Part shown: positions 1 through 8,072 of the stretch, one piece after another
Numbering within the stretch: position 1 is the stretch's first letter
Layout of the letters: the number at the start of each line of letters is the position of its first letter
Origin: a virus
Lineage: Duplodnaviria > Caudoviricetes
Virus record (IMG/VR): IMGVR_UViG_3300025120_000351
Span: 1-29,312 of that record
DNA: 29,312 nucleotides
Strand: one strand, 5' to 3'
Translations under genes and position numbers: made by a program
Notes under the pieces: generated by a model
Database searches by the model: none
What the model was told of the DNA's origin: nothing
The model's input: only the letters and a program-made list of their open reading frames with translations

Positions 1-138
1 ATAGTAATTGTACTATGTTTTATATGTAGTATGTTATTAGTAGTAGTAGGCTATCCATTTTTGGGTTGGTTGCTAGGTGTGTATGCGATATTAAGAATTG
101 CATATAGTTTTATTAAATTAGAGGATAATATATTATGA
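1..138 (+). CDS. partial small membrane protein (5' end outside window)
   Basis: Frame 1 open from base 1 to TGA at 136-138; hydrophobic translation IVIVLCFICSMLLVVVGYPFLGWLLGVYAILRIAYSF; ATGA overlap with next ORF. Confidence 0.55.
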   Translation: MVIVLCFICSMLLVVVGYPFLGWLLGVYAILRIAYSFIKLEDNIL

Positions 139-287
139 GTAATATAAGTAATTGGACTAAGCTACTTAGCATATTAAATAATATGCCTTTAGATGGGTGT
201 TATGATGATATAATGAGTAGACAAATAAAAAATAGAGAACTATTAAAAGAAGTAATAAAAAATTTAGAGGGGAATAATAATGACTAG
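135..287 (+). CDS. hypothetical early protein (50 aa)
   Basis: Manually translated MSNISNWTKLL...EGNNND; GAGGA Shine-Dalgarno at 121-125; overlaps both neighbours. Confidence 0.6.
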   Translation: MSNISNWTKLLSILNNMPLDGCYDDIMSRQIKNRELLKEVIKNLEGNNND

Positions 288-459
288 AAAAGATTATATA
301 AAATTTGCTGAAAAATTTAAGCAATTAAAACAAGATGTTAAAGGTAATTATATTGCTGAAGCCCACTTGCAAGATTTTATAAATGAAACTATGGATATTT
401 TTTATCTTGACAATAGCAATTTTAATAGTACACTATTTACAAATTATATTAATAAATAA
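280..459 (+). CDS. hypothetical early protein (59 aa)
   Basis: Manually translated MTRKDYIKFAEKFK...NYINK; GAGGGG SD upstream. Confidence 0.7.
   Translation: MTRKDYIKFAEKFKQLKQDVKGNYIAEAHLQDFINETMDIFYLDNSNFNSTLFTNYINK
407..434 (+). promoter_or_regulatory. possible sigma70 promoter
   Basis: TTGACA (407-412), 16 bp, TACACT (429-434). Confidence 0.4.
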
Positions 460-477
460 AATGAGAGGAATAAAAGT

Positions 478-663
478 ATGGCTAGAAGATTTATAAATAT
501 CAAAGGTCAAAGGCAAATGTGTTATGACAGAATAAACTTTGCCGAGCAAATAGTTAATGAAGATACTAGAAGTATTGATACTAATTATGAAAGTGATTTA
601 GTAAATGCTTTAAAATATCCTTACAATATTATTAAATTAGAAAATGAGAGGTATGATGTATGA
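478..663 (+). CDS. hypothetical early protein (61 aa)
   Basis: ORF track; GAGAGGA SD upstream. Confidence 0.7.
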   Translation: MARRFINIKGQRQMCYDRINFAEQIVNEDTRSIDTNYESDLVNALKYPYNIIKLENERYDV

Positions 664-839
664 CTGTAAAAGAATTAATAAATTATTTAAATAAGGTAAG
701 TGATAAAAATAAAAATGTTTTGATTAGTAGTGGTTGGGAATATTCACCACCACCAGATGAAGCATTAAAAGAAATACAGTTTAATAATAATACTAATGAA
801 TTAATTTTAAAAGGTAAAGGGAGTAATAATAATGACTAG
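660..839 (+). CDS. hypothetical early protein (59 aa)
   Basis: Manually translated MTVKELINYLNK...KGSNNND; ATGA overlap with previous gene; GAGAGG SD. Confidence 0.65.
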   Translation: MTVKELINYLNKVSDKNKNVLISSGWEYSPPPDEALKEIQFNNNTNELILKGKGSNNND

Positions 840-2199
840 AAGTTTAGATTGTTTTGATGTAAATGGTGAGCCTAAATATACTAGGCTTAAATATAGACAC
901 CAATTAATATCTTATGTATGGGAAAGATTTAATTTTGGACAGAGAAAATGGTTGTCTACTATACTAAAAATGTATCAGTTAAGAAATGAAGAAGATATAA
1001 ATATGTCTACTGATTGGGAAGATGTTTATGAGAATGGATTTTTTGATAACATATCTCAAATAAGAAACCTTAGACATTTACTTACTAATAGAATTAGTGA
1101 GTATAGATTTAATAGTGAGAGTAGTGAATTTATAGCTGAAAGTAAATTAAGTAGACACATACATAGAAAATTCCAATCTATTGAAGATTGGTTTTATGAT
1201 GAGATGTATTGTGATGAGTATGCTTATTGTGAGGGGTGTGATGATTATGTAAATCAAGATGATTATTATGGTGGTGGCTATTGTCATTCATGCGAGGAAT
1301 ATAATGAGCAAAATTCAGAAGATTATGATGATGAGGATTGTAATCCAGATTATGAGCATGAAAGATATTGTTCCAACTATTCATCAAGAGTAGAAGATGA
1401 GATATCACCTAAGTATCTACCAAGTGAGAATGTAGACACCAACTTATCGAGAAGTAAAGACACTTGGTATGGGTTGGAATGGGAAGTTATGGCAAGGAAT
1501 AGTATGCCAGATGATTTTCCTCAAGTCTTAACCAATGAAAATGATTGGTTTATGTGTAAAAAAGATGGCTCACTTGATGAGGGTAATGGTGGCTTTGAAA
1601 TTTGTTCAGCCCCTAGTTCATACAAATTCTTAAAAGACAGATTGCAAAAATTATTCCATAGTGATTATTGGTTAGATGAAAATGGTAATACTTATGTAAA
1701 GGGTTGGAATACAGGGTGTGCAGGTATTCACTTACATATCAGTAGACGAGCATTGACACCTTTACAAATTGGAAAGATGTTAGTATTCGTAAATGCTAAA
1801 AAGAACAAGAGATTTATTGAGGATATCGCTGGTCGTTCAATGGGTAGGTGGTGTCAATCACATGAGAAAAATTTGTTAGACGGAACGGAACGAGATAGTG
1901 ATAGATACCAAGCTGTCAATACAAGTAATAGAAATACAGTCGAACTAAGAATTTTTAGAAGTAATGTAAGTGAGAATGGATTGATGAGGGTGTTAGAATT
2001 TACTGACGCATTTGTTCACTTCTTAAAACAATCTTCTATGAATAGTGTATCTTATAAAGACTTCATGAGATACATGAAAAAACCAGATGTAAGAGCTAAC
2101 TATCCTACATTCTGGGCATGGTTAATTACTAATGGTTATGTTGTAGGCAATCCTAACAGAAGTGTATCACAACAATTTGAGAGTGTTAGTAATCAATAA
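832..2199 (+). CDS. putative amidoligase (COOH-NH2 ligase, glutamine synthetase/glutamate-cysteine ligase-like fold) with Cys-rich acidic segment
   Basis: Motifs YGLEWEV, KDGSL, GFEICSAP, CAGIHLHISR, RYQAVN, TVELRIFR typical of the family; adjacent to a class II amidotransferase. Confidence 0.8.
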   Translation: MTRSLDCFDVNGEPKYTRLKYRHQLISYVWERFNFGQRKWLSTILKMYQLRNEEDINMSTDWEDVYENGFFDNISQIRNLRHLLTNRISEYRFNSESSEFIAESKLSRHIHRKFQSIEDWFYDEMYCDEYAYCEGCDDYVNQDDYYGGGYCHSCEEYNEQNSEDYDDEDCNPDYEHERYCSNYSSRVEDEISPKYLPSENVDTNLSRSKDTWYGLEWEVMARNSMPDDFPQVLTNENDWFMCKKDGSLDEGNGGFEICSAPSSYKFLKDRLQKLFHSDYWLDENGNTYVKGWNTGCAGIHLHISRRALTPLQIGKMLVFVNAKKNKRFIEDIAGRSMGRWCQSHEKNLLDGTERDSDRYQAVNTSNRNTVELRIFRSNVSENGLMRVLEFTDAFVHFLKQSSMNSVSYKDFMRYMKKPDVRANYPTFWAWLITNGYVVGNPNRSVSQQFESVSNQ

Positions 2200-2236
2200 A
2201 CTTTAACTTTAATATAAAAAAAGGAAGGAATAAAAT

Positions 2237-3142
2237 ATGTGTTTAATTATACAAGCTAAAAATCCAAGTACACTTGATTTAGATTTAATGGAGTGTGCAT
2301 ACGAGAATAATTCTAATGGTTTTGGAATTATGTTTTACAACAAAGGCAAGATACATACTCACAAGATAGTACCAAAAACTTTTGATGATATCAAAAAGAT
2401 GTGGTCAAAGTATAGTCATCTTGATATCAGTATGGGGTTGCATTTCAGATTTACTACTGTTGGTGATACCAAGAGAAGTTTATCTCACCCATTCAAAGTC
2501 TTAACAAAGGGTGTCAATGGTAGTGATAGAGATTTATTTGTCATGCACAATGGGGCAAGATTGCCAACACCAATAATTGATAAGGATAAATCTGATACTC
2601 ATCAGTTTATCAAGTGGGTTATCAGACCTCAACTTGAGAACAATCCTAATCTACTATACAATGCCGAGTGGGTTGAATCTCTTGAGGAATTGATAGGCTC
2701 GGACAAGTTATTGTTTCTCGATAGTAAGACACAAGAGTTTACTATCATCAATCAAGATGAGGGCAAAGATGTCAAGTCTATTGGTTGGGTATCTAATACC
2801 TATTCAATCAGTCGAGGTGTAGGCTTTGACTATGACATTGACAAAGGTACTAAAGTTGTTCAGAAAAAATCTGGTTGGTTATCTGACTATGATAATTGGG
2901 GTAATGTATCTAATTATGGTAAGTATCAAAGAAATGATTATCTATATGATGATAGCTACTATGATGATGATATATCTTTTCACATGGATATGTACGATAA
3001 AGGTAATGAGATACAAGATAAACACCTTATCGGACTGACTGTTGATGAGACAATAGAATTGTGTGAAGCTAATCCAATAGGTGTTGGAATATGGTTGCAT
3101 GATATATGTAATGAAACTAAAACTAAAACAAAGGTAGGATAA
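2237..3142 (+). CDS. class II (Ntn) glutamine amidotransferase
   Basis: N-terminal nucleophile Cys2 (MCLII), N-x-x-GFG, HFRFTTVG, HPF, MHNG, SDT motifs; AAGGAAGGA SD. Confidence 0.88.
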   Translation: MCLIIQAKNPSTLDLDLMECAYENNSNGFGIMFYNKGKIHTHKIVPKTFDDIKKMWSKYSHLDISMGLHFRFTTVGDTKRSLSHPFKVLTKGVNGSDRDLFVMHNGARLPTPIIDKDKSDTHQFIKWVIRPQLENNPNLLYNAEWVESLEELIGSDKLLFLDSKTQEFTIINQDEGKDVKSIGWVSNTYSISRGVGFDYDIDKGTKVVQKKSGWLSDYDNWGNVSNYGKYQRNDYLYDDSYYDDDISFHMDMYDKGNEIQDKHLIGLTVDETIELCEANPIGVGIWLHDICNETKTKTKVG

Positions 3143-3143
3143 T

Positions 3144-3299
3144 ATGAAACCAAATAAAAAAAATAAAAAACAACTTGACATTTTCGATGAGTATGTTATA
3201 CTTGATAAAAATGTAGATGAAAGTTTATCTGGATATGATGATGAAACTTTGATTGACATTTACAATGAGGTAAGTTATAATGACGAAAGCTACGATTGA
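3144..3299 (+). CDS. hypothetical acidic protein (51 aa)
   Basis: Manually translated MKPNKKNKKQLDIFDEY...NDESYD; AGGA SD; contains two promoter-like motifs. Confidence 0.45.
   Translation: MKPNKKNKKQLDIFDEYVILDKNVDESLSGYDDETLIDIYNEVSYNDESYD
3175..3202 (+). promoter_or_regulatory. sigma70-type promoter
   Basis: TTGACA (3175-3180), 16 bp with TG extension, TATACT (3197-3202). Confidence 0.6.
3253..3281 (+). promoter_or_regulatory. consensus sigma70 promoter
   Basis: TTGACA (3253-3258), 17 bp, TATAAT (3276-3281). Confidence 0.75.
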
Positions 3300-3507
3300 G
3301 AAACGAGGAACTCGATATTATTATGAGGGTGTCGAGGTTGATGAGCCTGTCAAAGTAGTAGACAAAAGGTGTCAACGCAAGTATGGTCATACCAACTGGG
3401 CAAGAATGGGAACTGTATCTGATGAGGTACTATCTAAAAATTCTTATGACTATGATGAAGCAAAGGGTATAGTTTATTTTCATAGACCTATAACTATATT
3501 ACCTTAA
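3280..3507 (+). CDS. hypothetical protein (75 aa)
   Basis: ORF track; GAGGT SD upstream. Confidence 0.7.
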   Translation: MTKATIEKRGTRYYYEGVEVDEPVKVVDKRCQRKYGHTNWARMGTVSDEVLSKNSYDYDEAKGIVYFHRPITILP

Positions 3508-3535
3508 CAAAATAACTTTAACAAAGGGGCAAGAT

Positions 3536-3682
3536 ATGAATGATGAATTACTAAAAACTATTACGATTAATTATTACAGACGAGAAGATAATAAGATAAG
3601 AGTAGAGACTAATGAAAAAAAATATACTGATAGTGGGAAACATAAACCTCATTATGAGAATACAAAAGTGGAGATAATATAA
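3536..3682 (+). CDS. hypothetical protein (48 aa)
   Basis: Manually translated MNDELLKTITINYY...TKVEII; AAGGGG SD. Confidence 0.6.
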   Translation: MNDELLKTITINYYRREDNKIRVETNEKKYTDSGKHKPHYENTKVEII

Positions 3683-3756
3683 TGGATACAAGTATAGAAA
3701 ATTTAATAGGGTTAGTTTTCTTTTTAATAAAAATTTTTGAAGGGATACCTATATGA
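3682..3756 (+). CDS. possible micro-protein (24 aa, hydrophobic)
   Basis: MDTSIENLIGLVFFLIKIFEGIPI; GGAG SD; TAATG and ATGA overlaps fill the gap exactly. Confidence 0.4.
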   Translation: MDTSIENLIGLVFFLIKIFEGIPI

Positions 3757-3938
3757 ACCGATACATGTTCGCTATGTTTTTTATAGGCATAGTATGGGGT
3801 TGGGGATTGATTGCTATGACATCAGCAATATTAGATAGTCAATCTAAGGAAGTAGAGTATAGAGTTATGGAAGTGTTTCCTATCTCACCTATTATTCCTG
3901 TTGAAATTTATAAACTAGAAAGGAAGAAAGCAAGATGA
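3753..3938 (+). CDS. small membrane protein (61 aa)
   Basis: ORF track; N-terminal hydrophobic helix. Confidence 0.65.
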   Translation: MNRYMFAMFFIGIVWGWGLIAMTSAILDSQSKEVEYRVMEVFPISPIIPVEIYKLERKKAR

Positions 3939-4186
3939 GTGGAATAAAAAATTGGTTAATAGAAATGCAAGAGTACTCTCAATATTTATTAGAGAGTGCT
4001 ACACCAGAAATAGCTAGAGAATTTTTCATAAACAAATATGGGGAGTCTCAAGCACATGTCTTTGATAAAGAATTATCCTTTGCAATTAGTGAGGGCATTG
4101 AAATATATGAGGGTAATCCTCAAATTTATGATGATGAATTCTTTGAAGAAGAAGATAGACTACAAGCAGAAAGGAATGATAAATGA
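3935..4186 (+). CDS. hypothetical acidic protein (83 aa)
   Basis: ORF track; ATGA overlaps on both sides; AAGGA SD. Confidence 0.75.
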   Translation: MSGIKNWLIEMQEYSQYLLESATPEIAREFFINKYGESQAHVFDKELSFAISEGIEIYEGNPQIYDDEFFEEEDRLQAERNDK

Positions 4187-4380
4187 CAATAGTACAAGAC
4201 TTAAAATTTGTTTATGACTCTGACCAAGACTATATCTGGAACTTTGACAAATGGTTGAGGTGGACTAACAGAGAGCATAGAAGATACAAAGAAGAAGAGT
4301 ATACCTATCAACAAGGACTAATAGTTTTTGATAAATTATTTAAAAACTTAGACGGCAACAATAAAAGAGAGGTGAAGTAA
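4183..4380 (+). CDS. hypothetical protein (65 aa)
   Basis: ORF track; coupled overlaps; AAGGA SD. Confidence 0.75.
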   Translation: MTIVQDLKFVYDSDQDYIWNFDKWLRWTNREHRRYKEEEYTYQQGLIVFDKLFKNLDGNNKREVK

Positions 4381-4655
4381 TGAGTATGTTAGAACATGAT
4401 GAGTGGCTTGAAAATAGATACGAACAGTATCAAGAGTATATTGCTTTTGAATACGAGAAACATTTTTCAGATAACGAAATGAATATCATTAAACAAATTA
4501 GATTGGGGCAACTTTCTATGGATATTATACGAGAAGAGTTATTAGATTTCTTTACTGAAAATCCATTACCCTCTGATGAAGTACATGACTATACTGTATG
4601 TAGTGATAAAGAGATACTTGATAGACTAGATATAGATTTGGGAGGAATAATATAA
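4380..4655 (+). CDS. hypothetical acidic protein (91 aa)
   Basis: ORF track; GAGGTG SD; TAATG overlap. Confidence 0.75.
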   Translation: MSMLEHDEWLENRYEQYQEYIAFEYEKHFSDNEMNIIKQIRLGQLSMDIIREELLDFFTENPLPSDEVHDYTVCSDKEILDRLDIDLGGII

Positions 4656-4816
4656 TGAGTGAGATAATAGTAATAGAAAGACTACGAGCTATCATAGATG
4701 AGTATAAGTATAAAAGAAATACAGACATACCTCACTATCGTATAGAACAAGTAATAAAAGATTATGATAGAGATGAAGAAAAATTTATTGATAATCTTTA
4801 TAACAATATGACTTGA
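4655..4816 (+). CDS. hypothetical protein (53 aa)
   Basis: Manually translated MSEIIVIERLRAII...LYNNMT; GGAGGA SD; TAATG overlap. Confidence 0.65.
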   Translation: MSEIIVIERLRAIIDEYKYKRNTDIPHYRIEQVIKDYDRDEEKFIDNLYNNMT

Positions 4817-4841
4817 CTTTTATAAACAGAAATGTTATAAT
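4813..4841 (+). promoter_or_regulatory. sigma70 promoter with extended -10
   Basis: TTGACT (4813-4818), 17 bp, TG-n-TATAAT (4836-4841). Confidence 0.8.
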
Positions 4842-4872
4842 GTTAAGTTTCCAATAACGAAAGGGAAGACCT

Positions 4873-5256
4873 ATGCCTGCAAAAGGATTTAGTAAGTTCG
4901 ACATTGACTTAAAGTACGGACAGATACGAGAAGATAAAGTCAGAGAAATGTTCGGTGATAAAACTATCGAAGTTAAAACTGAAAGAAACTGGTGGAAGAA
5001 AACTGGGAACATTGCTATTGAATATGAGTCAAGAGGTAAGCCTAGTGGTATAGATAAAACAGAGGCCGACTATTGGTTTCAAAGATTAGAGCTTGATGAG
5101 TCTGGAGAATTTTGTACATTAGTTTTCCCTACCCCTATCTTAAAAAAGATTGTAGATAAATACAAGGACAAGCTAACTAAAAATGTAGGTGATAACAATA
5201 CTTCTAAGTGTGTTATGCTACCTATTAAAAAAATCTTTGATAAAGAATTTTATTGA
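4873..5256 (+). CDS. conserved phage protein, probable PD-(D/E)XK nuclease fold
   Basis: IEVKT motif followed by TGNIAIEY..RGKPSGI..TEADYW, a pattern I recognise from phage hypothetical proteins. Confidence 0.55.
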   Translation: MPAKGFSKFDIDLKYGQIREDKVREMFGDKTIEVKTERNWWKKTGNIAIEYESRGKPSGIDKTEADYWFQRLELDESGEFCTLVFPTPILKKIVDKYKDKLTKNVGDNNTSKCVMLPIKKIFDKEFY

Positions 5257-5257
5257 G

Positions 5258-5449
5258 ATGGATTTAAAAAGATTATTTAACAAGGATTTTCAAGAGTTTA
5301 TGAGTGAGTATGTATCTTCTTCTTTAAAAGAAAAAGGTATTAATGTACAACGACGCACTCTGAATAAACTATTCAATGAGGTACAAACTTATTGGGTGTT
5401 GATAAAAAGAGGCGAGAGATTACATGATTACAATGATGATAAAAAATAA
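5258..5449 (+). CDS. hypothetical protein (63 aa; start revised from 5189)
   Basis: ATG at 5258 directly follows the stop of the previous gene. Confidence 0.6.
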   Translation: MDLKRLFNKDFQEFMSEYVSSSLKEKGINVQRRTLNKLFNEVQTYWVLIKRGERLHDYNDDKK

Positions 5450-5600
5450 AATAAAAGATAGCTATGGTTCATTGGTGGACAATAAATCTTTTGATGAATA
5501 CTGGGAAGAGTTTCACAAGATAGAAAAACTTTCTTTACAAGAATCTATTAGACAAAAAAAAGAAAGAGAAAATAAAAAAAAACTTGACAATAAAAAATAG
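5424..5600 (+). CDS. hypothetical protein (up to 58 aa)
   Basis: Manually translated MITMMIKNKIKDSYG...LDNKK; start uncertain (5424/5433/5436). Confidence 0.5.
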   Translation: MITMMIKNKIKDSYGSLVDNKSFDEYWEEFHKIEKLSLQESIRQKKERENKKKLDNKK

Positions 5601-5612
5601 ATATGTTATAAT
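5584..5612 (+). promoter_or_regulatory. consensus sigma70 promoter with extended -10
   Basis: TTGACA (5584-5589), 17 bp, TG-n-TATAAT (5607-5612). Confidence 0.85.
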
Positions 5613-5699
5613 ATCTATATAGATTACATAGAGTATTAAAGATATTTAGTTGTTATTATAATAATTATAATAATAATAACTATTATAGAAAGAAAAATT

Positions 5700-5831
5700 A
5701 TGAATAAAAAAAAAGATAATAAAGATTGGTTAGATGACCATCTACTTATTGATGGTGTTGACGTGGAAACCGCTAAACTAATCAAAGATAGATTAAGAGA
5801 TAAATTAAAAGACGACAAAAAGAATTTATAA
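5700..5831 (+). CDS. hypothetical protein (43 aa)
   Basis: Manually translated MNKKKDNKDWLDDHLL...DDKKNL; weak SD. Confidence 0.5.
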   Translation: MNKKKDNKDWLDDHLLIDGVDVETAKLIKDRLRDKLKDDKKNL

Positions 5832-5876
5832 ATAGGATTAGCTATATCCTGTTGATAAATAAAAAGTATTATACTG

Positions 5877-5905
5877 TTGACAATTACAATCGTTGATGTT
5901 ATAAT
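5877..5905 (+). promoter_or_regulatory. consensus sigma70 promoter for the replication operon
   Basis: TTGACA (5877-5882), 17 bp, TG-n-TATAAT (5900-5905), 38 bp before the SSB start. Confidence 0.88.
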
Positions 5906-5943
5906 ACATTCATTAATAAATAACATTAAAAGGAGAATAAACT

Positions 5944-6372
5944 ATGGCTACAATTCAAGGCAAGGCATATTGGGCGTCTATTACTAGACCCAATACAACT
6001 TTTGACCCTGTTTATCAAATCGATTTAGCGATTGATGACGAGACTGCTGACCAGTTTTCAGCAAAGGGAATCACTGTTAAAGAAGATGAACGAGGCAAGG
6101 TAGTTAAGTTCAAGAGAAGAGTTAGTCGTGCTGATGGCACAGACAATCCTCAACCTAAGTTGGTGGACTCTTCTAAAAATCCTATCGATGTGTTGGTAGG
6201 GAATGGTTCAGATGTAAAGGTTATGTACAAAGAGTACGACTGGAACTACGCTGGTAAATCTGGCGTTGGACTTGACCTACAAGCAGTACAAGTTATCAGC
6301 TTAATTCCTTATGGAGAAGAGTTCGATAAGGTCGATGGGTTTGTTGCAACCGATAGTGTAGATGAATTTTAA
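5944..6372 (+). CDS. ssb: single-stranded DNA-binding protein (T7 gp2.5-like)
   Basis: GKAYWA, VGNGS, LQAVQV motifs; acidic C-terminus ending in Phe (DSVDEF); directly upstream of primase-helicase; AAGGAG SD. Confidence 0.8.
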   Translation: MATIQGKAYWASITRPNTTFDPVYQIDLAIDDETADQFSAKGITVKEDERGKVVKFKRRVSRADGTDNPQPKLVDSSKNPIDVLVGNGSDVKVMYKEYDWNYAGKSGVGLDLQAVQVISLIPYGEEFDKVDGFVATDSVDEF

Positions 6373-6393
6373 TCTATACTGGGGGCGACAACA

Positions 6394-8058
6394 ATGGACA
6401 ATACAAATAACTTTGTAAAGTTCCACGTATCATGTGGTGCTTGTGGAAGTAGCGATGCAAGATGTATCAATAGAGATGGTAGCTCTTACTGTTTTTCTTG
6501 CAAGACTTATTTCAAAGCACCATCTGATTTTGATGGAGAAGATTTAGATAATATAGAGGGCGACACAATGGTAATACAATCAGTACAGACTAGACCAACA
6601 ATCATAGAAAATGTTGGTACATTTGGTGCTATCAAAGACCGAGCAATAGCAGAAGATACTGCTAAGAAGTATGGTGTTAAGATAGTTGCTAATGGTATGG
6701 GTCAAATAGATAAACATATCTATCCATACTATGACACTAAAGGTTCAATGATAGCTACTAAGACTAGGTATACAAAGAACAAACAATTTTCAATAACAGG
6801 TTCGACTTCTGAGTCTGGACTATTCGGACAACATCTTTTTAGTGGTGGTAAATATGTGACCATAACTGAGGGTGAGGTTGATGCTATGTCAGTATACCAA
6901 CTACTAGGTAGTAAGTATGCAGTAGTTAGTATTAAGAATGGAGTAGCATCAGCAGTTAAAGATATCAAGAAGAGCTATGATTGGCTTGATAGTTTTGATA
7001 ATATCGTTATCAACTTTGACAATGATGATGTGGGTAGAGAGGCTAGTGTAAAGGTAGCCGAGTTATTTGCACCATCAAAAGCTAAGATACTAAAACTGCC
7101 TGAGGGCTACAAAGATGCGAATGATTTACTAAAGGATAATAAGTATCAAGAGTACATCAAATCGTGGTGGAATGCCCCTGTTTATGCCCCTGACGGCATC
7201 ATTAAAGGCGAGGCTTTACTAGAAGATGTCCTTGCCCCAGTCGTAAGGTCAACTGTTAGTTATGGTTGGAAAGGTTTAGACGAAATGACCTATGGTATTC
7301 GTAGTGGTGAGTTAGTAACTCTTACTGCAGGCACAGGATTAGGTAAGACAGCTGTCGTTAAAGAGTTAGTATACAATCTATACAAGAACACAGACTCAAT
7401 GATTGGTATGATTATGCTTGAGGAAAGTCCTAAGATAACAGCATTAGATATCATGAGTGTTGAGGCTAACCTTCCTCTTCGTAGACCAGACATTCACATT
7501 GGTGCAGAAGAAAAGAAAGAATACTTTGATAAGACTATTGGCTCTGGTAGGTTTTATTTCTACAAACACTTTGGTTCTAATTCAGTAGACAATATTGTAT
7601 CACGAGTTAGATATATGGCTAAGGCTTTGGACTGTAAGTACATTGTACTTGACCATGTCAGTATGATTGTATCTTCTCAAGAGTATGGTGATGAGAGGAA
7701 AGCTCTTGATGAAATCATGACTAAGCTAAGAGTCTTGGTAGAAGAGACAGACATATCATTAATCATTGTCTCACATCTAAGAAGACCAGATGGTAAAGGA
7801 CATGAAGAAGGTGCAGCCACTTCCCTATCACAACTAAGAGGTTCAGCTTCTATCGGTCAGCTATCTGACATGGTGATTGGATTAGAAAGAGATGCACAAC
7901 ATGATGATGTACATGTGAGGAATACAACATGTATCCGTGTACTTAAGAATAGATTTGTAGGTATGACTGGCCCAGCTACATACTTATATTATGATAAAGA
8001 TACTGGTAGGCTTAGTGAAACAGAGAAGCCTATGGGTAATGAACTAGATGAACTTTAA
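6394..8058 (+). CDS. T7 gp4-like DNA primase-helicase
   Basis: Zn finger CGACGSSDA...YCFSC, TOPRIM TEGEVDA and FDNDDVG, Walker A AGTGLGKT, SHLRR, LRGSASIGQLSD, KNRFVG. Confidence 0.97.
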   Translation: MDNTNNFVKFHVSCGACGSSDARCINRDGSSYCFSCKTYFKAPSDFDGEDLDNIEGDTMVIQSVQTRPTIIENVGTFGAIKDRAIAEDTAKKYGVKIVANGMGQIDKHIYPYYDTKGSMIATKTRYTKNKQFSITGSTSESGLFGQHLFSGGKYVTITEGEVDAMSVYQLLGSKYAVVSIKNGVASAVKDIKKSYDWLDSFDNIVINFDNDDVGREASVKVAELFAPSKAKILKLPEGYKDANDLLKDNKYQEYIKSWWNAPVYAPDGIIKGEALLEDVLAPVVRSTVSYGWKGLDEMTYGIRSGELVTLTAGTGLGKTAVVKELVYNLYKNTDSMIGMIMLEESPKITALDIMSVEANLPLRRPDIHIGAEEKKEYFDKTIGSGRFYFYKHFGSNSVDNIVSRVRYMAKALDCKYIVLDHVSMIVSSQEYGDERKALDEIMTKLRVLVEETDISLIIVSHLRRPDGKGHEEGAATSLSQLRGSASIGQLSDMVIGLERDAQHDDVHVRNTTCIRVLKNRFVGMTGPATYLYYDKDTGRLSETEKPMGNELDEL

Positions 8059-8072
8059 AAGAGGCGACAACA

